DNA of 59,617 nucleotides. Origin: Rhodospirillaceae bacterium (GTDB lineage: Bacteria > Pseudomonadota > Alphaproteobacteria > JAEULC01). Below, in pieces: positions 1 to 9,205 of this stretch. The stretch covers positions 1-59,617 of the forward strand of contig JAHFPH010000003.1 in NCBI GenBank assembly GCA_023266845.1, in the 5' to 3' direction. The notes beneath the pieces were generated by a model. That model was not told the DNA's origin. It did no database searches and was given only the letters and a program-made list of their open reading frames with translations. Positions within the stretch are counted from its first letter, which is position 1. Every line of letters begins with the position of its first letter. A program made the translations under genes and the position numbers.

Positions 1-184
1 TAGTCAGAATGTTTCGGTGCGCGCCGCCGGATGGGATCATGGCCGAGGCTCCGCTATGTTGGCTGCGGCAACCGTATCAGACCGGCCGCCATTTAACCAA
101 ACAGCCTTCGCCAAGCGGATGGTTTTTTCGCTGGTGGCGGCCCAGCGATTGCCCGCCGCCAGAATTGCAGCGTAACCTTTCGCG

Positions 185-1273
185 ATGCGCGGCATCGAAC
201 GCAAGGAATTCGGGCGCCTAGCGGACGGGACGCCGATCGAGTCCGTCACGCTCGCCAACGGCAGGGGCCTCGCCGCCACGATCCTGACCTATGGCGGCGC
301 CGTTGCCGCGTTGCAGACGCCCGACCGCGCCGGCAGGCCCGCGAATATCGTACTGGGCTTCGACACGCTCGACGGCTATTGCCGATCCAAAGCCTTCATC
401 GGCGCGCTGGTCGGCCGGTACGCCAACCGGATCGCCGGCGGCAGGTTCGTGCTCGATGGCGCGGAATGCCGCGTCAGCGTGAACGAGCCGCCCAACACGA
501 CGCTGCATGGCGGCGCGCGCGGATTCGACAAGGCGGCGTGGCGCATCGTCAGCACGGCTGCGACGCCCGAACCGTCGCTGTCGTTGACGCATTCCAGCCC
601 CGACGGCGACCAGGGATTTCCGGGACAGCTAGATATTGGCGTGCGATACACCCTGTTGGGTGACGCGCTGCAGATCGACTACGCGGCCGCCACCGACCGC
701 CCAACCGTCGTCAACCTCACCAATCACAGCTATTTCAATCTCGCAGGTCCGAGCGGCGGCGACATCCTGGGCCACGAGCTTCTGATCGACGCCGACCGGT
801 TCACGCCAGTGGATCGCGCGCTGATCCCGACCGGCGAGCAGCGGCCGGTGGCCGGCACACCGTTCGATTTCCGGTCGCCAACAGCGATCGGCGCACGCAT
901 CGGCGCCGCCGACGAGCAGCTTTCTATCGGCCGCGGCTACGACCACAATTTCGTCTTGCACGGCGCGGCCGAGGGCGGCCTGGCCCGGGCGGCGTGGGTT
1001 CGCGATGCGGGCACAGGCCGCGTCATGGAGGCGTGGACCACCGAGCCGGGGCTTCAGTTCTATAGCGGCAACTTCCTCGACGGCTCCGAGGCCGGCTTCG
1101 GCGGCCGGCGCCATGACCGCCATGCCGGCTTCTGCCTCGAGACGCAGCATTTTCCCGATTCACCGAACCGGCCAGGGTTTCCCTCGACCGTGCTGCGGCC
1201 CGGGCAAACATTCAGCTCCACCACCCTGTTCCGATTTTCGATCGACCGGCCCACGAATGGAGAACGACCATGA
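185..1273 (+). CDS. galM: aldose 1-epimerase (galactose mutarotase family)
   Basis: 362-aa ORF with an ATG start. Mutarotase-like blocks: GRYANRIAGGRF, TLHGG..GFDK..W, FCLETQHFPDSPN. Its stop overlaps the next gene's start (ATGA at 1270-1273). Confidence 0.85.
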   Translation: MRGIERKEFGRLADGTPIESVTLANGRGLAATILTYGGAVAALQTPDRAGRPANIVLGFDTLDGYCRSKAFIGALVGRYANRIAGGRFVLDGAECRVSVNEPPNTTLHGGARGFDKAAWRIVSTAATPEPSLSLTHSSPDGDQGFPGQLDIGVRYTLLGDALQIDYAAATDRPTVVNLTNHSYFNLAGPSGGDILGHELLIDADRFTPVDRALIPTGEQRPVAGTPFDFRSPTAIGARIGAADEQLSIGRGYDHNFVLHGAAEGGLARAAWVRDAGTGRVMEAWTTEPGLQFYSGNFLDGSEAGFGGRRHDRHAGFCLETQHFPDSPNRPGFPSTVLRPGQTFSSTTLFRFSIDRPTNGERP

Positions 1274-2028
1274 CGATCGCCAGTTACCCCAGCCTGAAGG
1301 GCCGCGTCGTGCTAGTGACCGGTGGCGGCAGCGGCATCGGCGAGGCGATCGTGCGCAATTTCGCTGCCCAGGGCAGCCGCGTCGGGTTTCTCGACGTCGA
1401 TGAGGCGGCGTCGAAAAAACTCGCGGCCGGCGTCGGCGGCAAGGAGCAGGTGCATTTCGAGAAATGCGACCTGCGCGACATCGCCTGGCTCAAGCGCGCG
1501 ATCGCGGCGCTGCGCGAACGGCTGGGGCCGGTCACCATCCTGGTCAACAACGCGGCGCATGACGAGCGCCACAAGATCGAGGACGTGACGTCGGAATACT
1601 GGGACGACCGGATGGCCGTGAACCTGAAGCACCAGTTCTTCTGCGCCCAGGCCGTCTACAAGGACATGCAGGCGGCGGGCGGCGGCGCGATCGTCAACAT
1701 GGGATCGGTCTCGTGGGTGGTGGGGCAAGGTGGCATGCCCGGCTACACCACCGCCAAGTCGGCGATCCAAGGGCTGACGCGCGCGCTGGCCCGCGATTTC
1801 GGGCCGCTCAATATCCGCGTCAACTCGATCCTGCCGGGCTGGATCATGACCGAACGGCAGATCAGCCTGTGGCTGACGCCGGAAGGCGAGGAAGAGCTGA
1901 TGCGCCGCCAATGCCTGAAGCGCAAGCTCTATCCCGACGACATCGCCCGCGTGGTGCTGTTCCTCGCGTCGGACGAGGCCGGCGCCTGCACCAACCAGAA
2001 CTACATCGTCGATGGCGGCTGGGTCTGA
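1270..2028 (+). CDS. SDR-family NAD(P)-dependent oxidoreductase
   Basis: 252 aa. Cofactor motif TGGGSGIGEAI, NNAA block, Y-x3-K (YTTAK). Translationally coupled to the mutarotase. Confidence 0.85.
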   Translation: MTIASYPSLKGRVVLVTGGGSGIGEAIVRNFAAQGSRVGFLDVDEAASKKLAAGVGGKEQVHFEKCDLRDIAWLKRAIAALRERLGPVTILVNNAAHDERHKIEDVTSEYWDDRMAVNLKHQFFCAQAVYKDMQAAGGGAIVNMGSVSWVVGQGGMPGYTTAKSAIQGLTRALARDFGPLNIRVNSILPGWIMTERQISLWLTPEGEEELMRRQCLKRKLYPDDIARVVLFLASDEAGACTNQNYIVDGGWV

Positions 2029-2056
2029 GCCGTTCGGCGTAGCACCACCGCGGCCT

Positions 2057-2443
2057 TTAGGCCGCCGGCATGCGCGTGGCATGGCGATGGACCAGCTTCC
2101 AATCCCCTGCCCGTTTCGCCCATACCAAGACGAACAGCAGATGGATCAAGTCCTTCCTCTGCCCCCTGGCGCCGACCGACATATCGACGGTGCCGTTCAT
2201 CACCGCGACGTCGCCGCAAAGCCGTATGCCCACGCCGCGGCTTTCGATGCGCTCGTAATCGTAAAGGCCTTTTCTGACGCCCGCGAAATACTCCGCCTTC
2301 GACTCCGCGACCGCGGTCGAGTGCACATAGACCACATCGTCGGCCAGCAGCCTGTCCAGGACCGCGAAATCCTGCGCGATCATCGCTTGATAGAGCCTGG
2401 CTTCCAATTCGCGTAGCTCACTTTCGGTCGCCGCATCGCCCAT
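2057..2443 (-). CDS. NTF2-fold protein (DUF4440/SnoaL-like)
   Basis: C-terminal 128 codons of the 264-aa track ORF; the upstream part is R/A/G-rich shadow sequence. Internal ATG at 2443 is preceded by AAGGA. The sequence MGDAATESELRELEARLYQAMIAQDFAVLDRLLADDVVYVHS.. is typical of small NTF2-like proteins. It lies 2 nt after the stop of the preceding gene. Confidence 0.6.
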   Translation of the reverse strand: MGDAATESELRELEARLYQAMIAQDFAVLDRLLADDVVYVHSTAVAESKAEYFAGVRKGLYDYERIESRGVGIRLCGDVAVMNGTVDMSVGARGQRKDLIHLLFVLVWAKRAGDWKLVHRHATRMPAA

Positions 2444-2445
2444 GA

Positions 2446-2874
2446 CTAAAGATCCTTGATCTTGAACGGCAGGTCCATGACCACCAGCCGGCGCTCGAAT
2501 TTCCACTCGCCTCCGATCTTCACCAGCCGGCAGTCGTATTCGCCGGGCGACAGCAGCCGGGTCTTGCCGTTGCGCGTCAGAAAATCGAGCAGGTAACAGA
2601 ACGCCCGCGCCCGGTTGCCGCGCACTTCGACGCGCAGGTTCGACACGACATGGCGCAGTTGCGCGCGCTGCTGTTTCTGGAAGCGCGCGTTGCGCTCGGC
2701 GAATGCGCGAATGCCCTTGACGCCCGAAAACCTGCCGATCGCCGGGCTTTCGATCGTGGCGTCGGCGGTAAAGCAGCCGACCAGCCCCTCCACGTCGCCG
2801 CGATCGAGCGACGTGGCGTAACGGATGAACAGGTCGTTGATCGCCAGCCAATCCTTGGCCGATGCCGCGCCCAT
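2446..2874 (-). CDS. NTF2-fold protein (SnoaL-like family)
   Basis: The track ORF starts at GTG 2895. ATG 2874 has a GGAAGG Shine-Dalgarno 6 nt upstream. The sequence DWLAINDLFIRYATSLDRGDVEGLVGCFTADA.. resembles the SnoaL_4/NTF2 family. Confidence 0.7.
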   Translation of the reverse strand: MGAASAKDWLAINDLFIRYATSLDRGDVEGLVGCFTADATIESPAIGRFSGVKGIRAFAERNARFQKQQRAQLRHVVSNLRVEVRGNRARAFCYLLDFLTRNGKTRLLSPGEYDCRLVKIGGEWKFERRLVVMDLPFKIKDL

Positions 2875-2914
2875 GCGCCGCCTTCCATCCGCCACGCCGT
2901 GCCGCGACTAAGAG

Positions 2915-3949
2915 CTATCCCAACTCCTTCATGACAAGGGCGAGGAAGTCCTTGCCGATCGAGGCCTCGAACTGCTGGTATATCGACCGCGTCTGCTTGA
3001 CGAACAGCTCCTTGTTCGCGGGCGCGATGTCGTTGACCGTCATCAGCGTCCTAAGCTTCGCCAGCGCATTGGCGATCTCCTCGGGCTGCGCCTTCCACTG
3101 CCACTCCATCGCCGTCTTCATCGCCTTGGCGATCATGCCCTGCTCCTCGGCCGAAAGCCCGGCCCAGGTCTTGGTGCTGGTCGAGATGATGAAGAAATCC
3201 GTGGTGTGCTGGTCGAGCGACAGGTACTTCGCCACCTCGTAGAGCTTGTAGGACACGAGGTCCGGCAGCGGGTATTCGAATCCGTCCACCACGCCCTGTT
3301 GCAGGGCCAGGTACAGCTCGGACGGGTCCATCGCCACGGGATTTGCGCCCAGCGCCCGGAACGCTTGCATATAGACCTGGCTGTTGATGACGCGGATTTT
3401 CAGGCCCTGACAGTCCGCAGGCGTGTTGACCGGACGGACCTTGTTGACGATGTGCCGCCCGCCCATCAGCCAATAGCCGATGACCTTGAAGCCCGCGCCT
3501 TCGCCGAACTTCGAAATCTCGGCGCCGATCTTGCCTTCCAGCGCCGGGCGCAGCTTGTCGACCGAGCTCACCATATAGGGCAGCGTGAACGCGTCGATCG
3601 GCTTGATGAAGTTCGAGTACCAGGCCGGAACCGCCATCGACATACTGAGCGAGCCGGCCTGCACCGACTGCATCATCTCGGCGATGTTGCCGAGCTGCGA
3701 GCTTGGGAAAATCTCGAGCTTCATCTTGCCGGAAGAAACCTTGCCCAGCTCGTCGCCGAACAGCACCAGCGCCTTGTGATAGACGTTGTCGGCCGGCAGC
3801 ATGTGGCCGAACTTGAGCGTGCGCACCTGCTGGCCGATCGCCGGCGCGCTGAGGCCGATGCTCGCCGCCGCGCCCGCGCCGAGCGACAGCTTCACGAAGT
3901 TGCGCCGGCCGATCCCGGCGGGGTTTTTCGTCGATAGTCTGCGTCTCAT
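2915..3949 (-). CDS. dctP: TRAP transporter substrate-binding subunit (DctP family)
   Basis: 344 aa. Twin-arginine-like leader (RRNFVKLSLGAGAAA). DctP-type blocks: LKFGHMLP, FPSSQLG. GGAGAGG RBS upstream of ATG 3949. Confidence 0.9.
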   Translation of the reverse strand: MRRRLSTKNPAGIGRRNFVKLSLGAGAAASIGLSAPAIGQQVRTLKFGHMLPADNVYHKALVLFGDELGKVSSGKMKLEIFPSSQLGNIAEMMQSVQAGSLSMSMAVPAWYSNFIKPIDAFTLPYMVSSVDKLRPALEGKIGAEISKFGEGAGFKVIGYWLMGGRHIVNKVRPVNTPADCQGLKIRVINSQVYMQAFRALGANPVAMDPSELYLALQQGVVDGFEYPLPDLVSYKLYEVAKYLSLDQHTTDFFIISTSTKTWAGLSAEEQGMIAKAMKTAMEWQWKAQPEEIANALAKLRTLMTVNDIAPANKELFVKQTRSIYQQFEASIGKDFLALVMKELG

Positions 3950-3997
3950 GTTTCCTCTCCTATGTGCGTGTTTCGATGCGGATTGGACGCCGGGCCG

Positions 3998-5284
3998 TCA
4001 AAAGCCCACCGCCTTTGGCAGCCACAGCGTCAGGGGCGGAAAGAAAATCATCAGGATGACGACGATGATCATCCATACGACGAATGGAAACACCGCGATC
4101 GACAGCTTTTCCAAAGTCACGTTGGCGATGCTCGACGTCATGAACAGGATGATGCCGACCGGCGGCGTCACCAACCCGATCAGGCAGGTGACCACGAACA
4201 CCAGCCCGAACTGGATGTCGGGAACGCCGTATTGCTTGGCGATCGGGGCCATGAGCGGCGCCAGCGCGATCATGATCGGCACGGCGTCCATCAACATGCC
4301 CAGTACCAGCAACGCCGCGGTAACCAACAGCATGAGAACGCTGGGGCTGGCCGTCAGCGCGATCAGGAAATCGGCCAGGGACTGCGTCACGCGATTGAAC
4401 GTGAAGATCCATGACACGATCGCGCCCGCGCCCAGCAGCATGCCGGCGACCGAGCTGATCACCGCGCTGTAAACCGTGGCGTCGTAGATGTCCTTCAATC
4501 GCAAGCGCGGCCTGGAAAGAAATCCGATCAATACGGTATAAGCGACGCCGATCGCGGCGGATTCGGTGACGGTGAACACACCACTGATGATGCCGCCAAT
4601 GATGATGACCGGCAAAACCAGCAGCGGAACAACGCGCAGCGTCTGGCGCAGCAGAACGCCAAGGCTGGGCCATTCCAGCAACAACCCGTATTTGCCGCGC
4701 CGCGTGGTGTACCAAGCCATCACGAGAAAGCCGAGGCCGAACAGAACGCCGGGAATGGCACCGCCGATAAACATCGCGCCGATCGACACGTTGCCCACCG
4801 CCAGCGCGTAGATGATCATGGCCACGCTGGGCGGGATGATCGGCCCGATGATCGAGGTCGCGGCGGTCAACGCGGCCGCGTAGGTCACCGGGTAGCCCGC
4901 GCGTGTCATCAATTGGATCAGCACGCGCCCCAGGCTTGCGATATCGGACACCGCCGTGCCGCTGATACCCGCAAACAGCATGGCGGCGACCACGTTGATA
5001 TAGGCCATGCCGCCGCGCGTTCGGCCAAGCAGCATCTGTAGCCAAACCACCATCTGCGGCAGCATGCGCGTGCGGTCGGCCAGCACGCCCAGCATGATGA
5101 ACAACGGGATCGCCAGCAGCGGGAACGAGCCGAGCGCATGATAGAAGCGCCGCGCCAGGATCGTCGGCTCGATGCCCTCGAAGAAAAGGATCCATGTCGA
5201 TCCGGCCAGCCCCATGCCGAACGCCACCGGCACTCCAATTAGGATCGTGCCGAAGAAAATCAGACCTATGACGGCCAGCATCAT
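3998..5284 (-). CDS. dctM: TRAP transporter large permease (DctM family)
   Basis: 428 aa and highly hydrophobic, with DctM-like blocks (GISGSAVAD-like GISGTAVSD). Its ATG overlaps the dctQ stop (ATGA). Confidence 0.92.
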   Translation of the reverse strand: MMLAVIGLIFFGTILIGVPVAFGMGLAGSTWILFFEGIEPTILARRFYHALGSFPLLAIPLFIMLGVLADRTRMLPQMVVWLQMLLGRTRGGMAYINVVAAMLFAGISGTAVSDIASLGRVLIQLMTRAGYPVTYAAALTAATSIIGPIIPPSVAMIIYALAVGNVSIGAMFIGGAIPGVLFGLGFLVMAWYTTRRGKYGLLLEWPSLGVLLRQTLRVVPLLVLPVIIIGGIISGVFTVTESAAIGVAYTVLIGFLSRPRLRLKDIYDATVYSAVISSVAGMLLGAGAIVSWIFTFNRVTQSLADFLIALTASPSVLMLLVTAALLVLGMLMDAVPIMIALAPLMAPIAKQYGVPDIQFGLVFVVTCLIGLVTPPVGIILFMTSSIANVTLEKLSIAVFPFVVWMIIVVILMIFFPPLTLWLPKAVGF

Positions 5285-5844
5285 GGTCGCGTCTCATGTG
5301 CCACCGGACGCCGCAGCTCCACCAGCATCAGCACGATCATGTGATAGATCAGCAGCGCGAAGCCCACAGGAATCGCCAGGAATGCCCAAACCAGGCGGAT
5401 CTCCAGCCCCGGTTCGGTCTGGTTCATCGCCGGACCCAGCGAATAGAGCCCGCCCCACACCATCTCGGCGAAAAAGATCAGCGCCAGCGCCTGGGCTATG
5501 ATCACGATGTGCCGCCGCCAGCGGCCGGGCAGCAGGGCCACAACAAGCTCGAATCCCACATGCGCGCCGTAGCGCAGCGCCAGGCCGGCGCCCACCAGAA
5601 AGAACCAAACCAGCAGAAACCGCGCGGCAGCATTGACGAAGAAAATCGAAAAACTGAACACGTAGCGCGACACGACCTCGAGCGTGATCATGGCCGTGAA
5701 CAGCGTGCCGATCGCAAAGAGGCTCCACTGCGTCAGGCGTAGGATCGCGTGATCGACGCTGCGCCATTGCGATGGAAGGAATCGGTGCTGGTCGTCGATT
5801 TTCGCGGCGTTCGAAACGTCCGCATCGACAGCAGGTTCAGACAT
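5281..5844 (-). CDS. dctQ: TRAP transporter small permease (DctQ family)
   Basis: The track ORF begins at TTG 5889; the first ATG is at 5844. About 4 TM segments and a DctQ-like size. The Q-M-P gene order is tightly packed. Confidence 0.8.
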   Translation of the reverse strand: MSEPAVDADVSNAAKIDDQHRFLPSQWRSVDHAILRLTQWSLFAIGTLFTAMITLEVVSRYVFSFSIFFVNAAARFLLVWFFLVGAGLALRYGAHVGFELVVALLPGRWRRHIVIIAQALALIFFAEMVWGGLYSLGPAMNQTEPGLEIRLVWAFLAIPVGFALLIYHMIVLMLVELRRPVAHETRP

Positions 5845-6125
5845 CGGATGATCCCGCCCCGGTCCGAATTCGGCTACCCCGACGCCCAATGAAAATTGCC
5901 GGCAACGGCGGTCGGGCGGCCTTTCACAGAGTCGGCCATATCGAAGTTACAGGCCAGAAAAAAACGTCGTCCAGTAAACAATTGCGGCGGCGCAACCGTT
6001 GCGTCCAGCGTGGAAATTGATCAAGGTGAAGCGACGCAAGCCGCGCGTTTTCAAGCTCCTGCTCGGGTTGTGAGTTTTTGGCGTGATCAAATCGCATGGG
6101 ATGATGCGTAATCGAGGTCGGCCGG

Positions 6126-6875
6126 ATGCCGGTGCTTGAGCTGAAAGCCAGCCAAATCCGCTACGAGGTCCACGGCGCGGGCTATCCGGTGCTGCTGTTC
6201 GCGCCGGGTTTCTTGAGCTCGCGGATGGAGCGCTGGCGCACCAACCCGGCCAAGCCCGGCGTGCCGCAGGATTTTCTGGACCCGGTGGCGGCGCTATCTC
6301 CGCGGTTCCAAATGATAGAGCTGGATATCCGCAACGCCGGGCAGTCGCGCGGCAAGGTCGATCGCGACAGCGCCTGGCACAGCTATACGGCGGATCATCT
6401 GGCGCTGCTCGATCACCTGAAAGTTCGGCGCTGCCATGTCATGGGCGCGTGCATCGGCGTATCGTTCGCCCTGGCTTTGGCCGAGGCACGGCCGGGCCTG
6501 GTCACGGCCATGGTGCTGCAGAACCCGATCGGGCTTTCCACGAAGAACCGCGAGGCGTTGGACAAGGAATTCGCCGTCTGGGTCGATCAGGTGAAGGGAT
6601 TTCCGGGCATCGACTCCGCAGCGCTGCCCGATTTCGGCCGGCGCATGTTCGGCAACGATTTTCTGTTCGCCGTGTCGCGCGATTTCGTCGCGGCCTGCGA
6701 CGCGCCGATGCTGCTGATGCCTGGCGACGATTTGATCCACGCCGAAGAAATTTCCGCCGATATCGCGCGGCTCGCGCGGCGGTGCGAGGTGGTGGCGCCG
6801 TGGAAAGGCGACCGGCACAAAGAAACGGCGATGCGCCGGGTACGGGACTTTTTCGTCGCGCACGAGCCCCGGTAG
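6126..6875 (+). CDS. alpha/beta-fold hydrolase with Cys in the nucleophile elbow
   Basis: 249 aa. N-terminal YPVLLFAPGF oxyanion-type block. Elbow is HVMGACIGVSFAL, i.e. G-A-C-I-G instead of G-x-S-x-G. Confidence 0.8.
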   Translation: MPVLELKASQIRYEVHGAGYPVLLFAPGFLSSRMERWRTNPAKPGVPQDFLDPVAALSPRFQMIELDIRNAGQSRGKVDRDSAWHSYTADHLALLDHLKVRRCHVMGACIGVSFALALAEARPGLVTAMVLQNPIGLSTKNREALDKEFAVWVDQVKGFPGIDSAALPDFGRRMFGNDFLFAVSRDFVAACDAPMLLMPGDDLIHAEEISADIARLARRCEVVAPWKGDRHKETAMRRVRDFFVAHEPR

Positions 6876-6891
6876 CCGGGACACAGAGCGG

Positions 6892-7812
6892 TCAATCCTC
6901 GGATTCGAAATTCCTGCCGAAATCCTCGGGCGGCTTGGGACCCCAGACATACAGCGAATCTTCCGCGGCGTAGTTCGTCGGCTTCCAGTCCATGCCGGCG
7001 GGAATGTGGTCGATGTCGCAGGAATACTCGGCCAGGCTGTTCCACGGGTCGCGGATATAGTGGAAAAAATTCGACCCGATGACGTGCCGGCCGAAGCCCC
7101 AGCCGTCGCGGTAGCCTTTGTCCAGCAGCCGGCAGGCGCCCATGCCCAGCTCGTCGATATTGCCGACCTCGAAACTGGCGTGGTGGTAGCCCGGCTTGTC
7201 GCTGGTGATGAAGCCGAAGATGTGGTGATCGCTCGGGCCCTCGCCGCTGTGCATGAAGGCCACGATGTTCTGCGCCCGGTCCGATAGCTTCAGGCCGACG
7301 ATCCGCGTGTAGAAATCGATCTGCTTCTCGAAATTCGGCGTGAAGCGCAGCGTATGGCTGAGCCGGCGTGGCCGCACCTGCGTGTCGCGCGGCGGATAGC
7401 CGGGCTGGCCGGGTCGACCGATGCGATGGGGATAGTTGAAGCTCAGTTCCTGCCCGTCGAGCCAGGGTGCCGCCTCGGCCTCGCGCACGTTCACCAGAAG
7501 GCCATCGTGATCGCGGAACCACAGGCCCGGACCCGGCGCTTCGTTGGGCGGATCGAGCAGCCTGACGGCGTTCTGCTGCAAGCGCGCCTTCAGCGCGGCA
7601 AGGCCCTTGGCGCTGGCGCCGAAGCACACATGGTGCATGCGCTTCTTCGGCCCCTCCACCAGAATCACCTGGTCCTGGTCGCGCCCGTGGCAGCGCATGA
7701 TCGCGCGATTGCCGTCGTCGCGGCCTTCCAAACCGAAATCGGTGTAGAATTTCTTGCCGATCGCGGCGTCCGGCACCGCCAGGGCGACATGCTGCAGGGA
7801 ACGAACGGTCAT
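6892..7812 (-). CDS. two-domain VOC-superfamily protein, type I extradiol dioxygenase-like
   Basis: Start moved to ATG 7812 (GGGAGAAG RBS); upstream GTG 7875 and ATG 7869 add an R/G-rich extension. Motifs: LQHVALAV, HHVCFGA, HHASFEV, and FHYIRDPWNSLAEY (matching the H..Y..DP.G...E metal-ligand block). Confidence 0.8.
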   Translation of the reverse strand: MTVRSLQHVALAVPDAAIGKKFYTDFGLEGRDDGNRAIMRCHGRDQDQVILVEGPKKRMHHVCFGASAKGLAALKARLQQNAVRLLDPPNEAPGPGLWFRDHDGLLVNVREAEAAPWLDGQELSFNYPHRIGRPGQPGYPPRDTQVRPRRLSHTLRFTPNFEKQIDFYTRIVGLKLSDRAQNIVAFMHSGEGPSDHHIFGFITSDKPGYHHASFEVGNIDELGMGACRLLDKGYRDGWGFGRHVIGSNFFHYIRDPWNSLAEYSCDIDHIPAGMDWKPTNYAAEDSLYVWGPKPPEDFGRNFESED

Positions 7813-7955
7813 TGATCTTCTCCCATGGCGCCGCCCACTCCTGCCCACGAATACGGCGGCGTTCGTCATTGACACACAATATTATAAGGATGGATGCTGG
7901 CATATAAGCAAGAATTCGGCAAAGCGACGAAGCTTTTGCCATGGGGAGGATCACG

Positions 7956-9173
7956 ATGACGATCGAAATCGGTTCGCGGCGCGGTTTTGTCGCCATGCTG
8001 CTGGGCGGCGCGATGGGCCTTGCGCTGACCGGCGCGGCGATCGCGCAAACCTCGGGACAGCCCGTGCGCGTCGGCGGCACGCTGGCGCTGACCGGCCCGC
8101 TGGCGGCCACCGGCATGGTCCACAAGATCGTGGGCGAAATCTACGTCGAGCAGTTGAATAAGAAGAAGGGTTTGCTCGGACGGCCGGTCGAATGGGTGCT
8201 GCTGGACGACCAATCCAAGCCCGATCTAGCCCGCACGCTGTATGAAAAGTTGGTCACGGTGGACAAGGTGGACCTGTTGATCGGCCCCTACGCCACCGGC
8301 GCGATCCTGTCGGCCATGGCGGTGGCCGAGCGCCAGGGTAAGCTTTTGGTGCACCACACCTTTGGCATTCCGAACCTGGCGAAATACGACGCGCAGTTTC
8401 CGGCCTGGCATATGGGGCCGGTGCCGGAAAAGACCGTGGCGGGGCTGCTGATCGACGCCTTGGCGGCCAGCGAAAAGCCGCCCAAGACCATCGCCATCGT
8501 CACCAGCAAGTTTCCCTCGGTGCATTTCTTGGCGGTCGGCGCGCGCGACGTGGCGAAAGCGAAGGGCTTGACCGAGGTGCTGTACCTGGAGTTCGAGTTC
8601 GGCACCAAGGATTTCGGGCCGATCGCCGCGCGCGTGCGCGAGGCAAACGCCGATTTCCTGTACATGGGCTCGATCGGGCTCGAGGGCGTCCAGCTGCTGG
8701 AAGCGCTGAAGAAGCTGGGCTACTCGCCGCGCCACCACTACTACACCTATCCCGCGCCGGGACCGATGGCGCTGTCGCCGGACGCCGCCGGCGCGCTGTC
8801 GACCACCGTGTTCGAGGACCAGCCGCCCTTCACCAACAACCCCGGGGCCGCCGCGTTCGCCAAGGCCTATAAGGAGCGCGCGGAAAAAGCCGGCCTGCCC
8901 TATACGCTGGCCGACGTGCAGGGCGGCGCGTCCTATGCCGCGTGGCAGATCCTCGAAGCCGCGGTCAACGCGACCAAGAGCCTGGACGACAAGAAGCTCG
9001 CGGCGTGGATCCACGCCAACAAGGTGGACACGATCACCGGCAAGCTGCGCTTCAACGAGATGGGCAATTATGGCGACGACCTGTCCAAGGTGAAGCAAGT
9101 GCAGAACGGCAAATGGGTCGTGGTGTGGCCCAAGGAAGCCGCCGCGCCCGGCGCCAAGCTGATCGCGCGCTGA
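7956..9173 (+). CDS. ABC transporter substrate-binding protein (Leu/Ile/Val-binding, type I PBP family)
   Basis: The GGGGAGGA RBS sits just before ATG 7956; the track start at 7941 would contain the RBS. Leader is SRRGFVAMLLGGAMGLALTGAAIAQ. LivK-family blocks are present. Confidence 0.88.
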   Translation: MTIEIGSRRGFVAMLLGGAMGLALTGAAIAQTSGQPVRVGGTLALTGPLAATGMVHKIVGEIYVEQLNKKKGLLGRPVEWVLLDDQSKPDLARTLYEKLVTVDKVDLLIGPYATGAILSAMAVAERQGKLLVHHTFGIPNLAKYDAQFPAWHMGPVPEKTVAGLLIDALAASEKPPKTIAIVTSKFPSVHFLAVGARDVAKAKGLTEVLYLEFEFGTKDFGPIAARVREANADFLYMGSIGLEGVQLLEALKKLGYSPRHHYYTYPAPGPMALSPDAAGALSTTVFEDQPPFTNNPGAAAFAKAYKERAEKAGLPYTLADVQGGASYAAWQILEAAVNATKSLDDKKLAAWIHANKVDTITGKLRFNEMGNYGDDLSKVKQVQNGKWVVVWPKEAAAPGAKLIAR

Positions 9174-9205
9174 CCGGCCTGGGTTAAGCGCCGGCCGGCC
9201 CGGCC

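Noticed and set aside
7869-7874. TTGACA hexamer in the AT-rich divergent region between the dioxygenase-like gene and the ABC operon, as a possible -35 box.
   Set aside because: I could not find a convincing -10 element at 16-18 nt spacing on either strand. It is left unannotated pending transcription-start data.
6587-8125. Long antisense or alternative-frame ORFs listed in the track. Examples: 6587-8125 (512 aa), 20529-22538 (669 aa), 27124-28590 (488 aa), 33937-35523 (528 aa), 37603-39111 (502 aa), 43478-45340 (620 aa), 49739-51130 (463 aa), 56224-57567 (447 aa), 12480-13673 (397 aa).
   Set aside because: All are extremely Arg/Gly/Ala/Pro/His-rich, lack recognisable motifs, and lie opposite or out of frame to genes with clear family signatures. 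These are the typical shadow ORFs of high-GC DNA.
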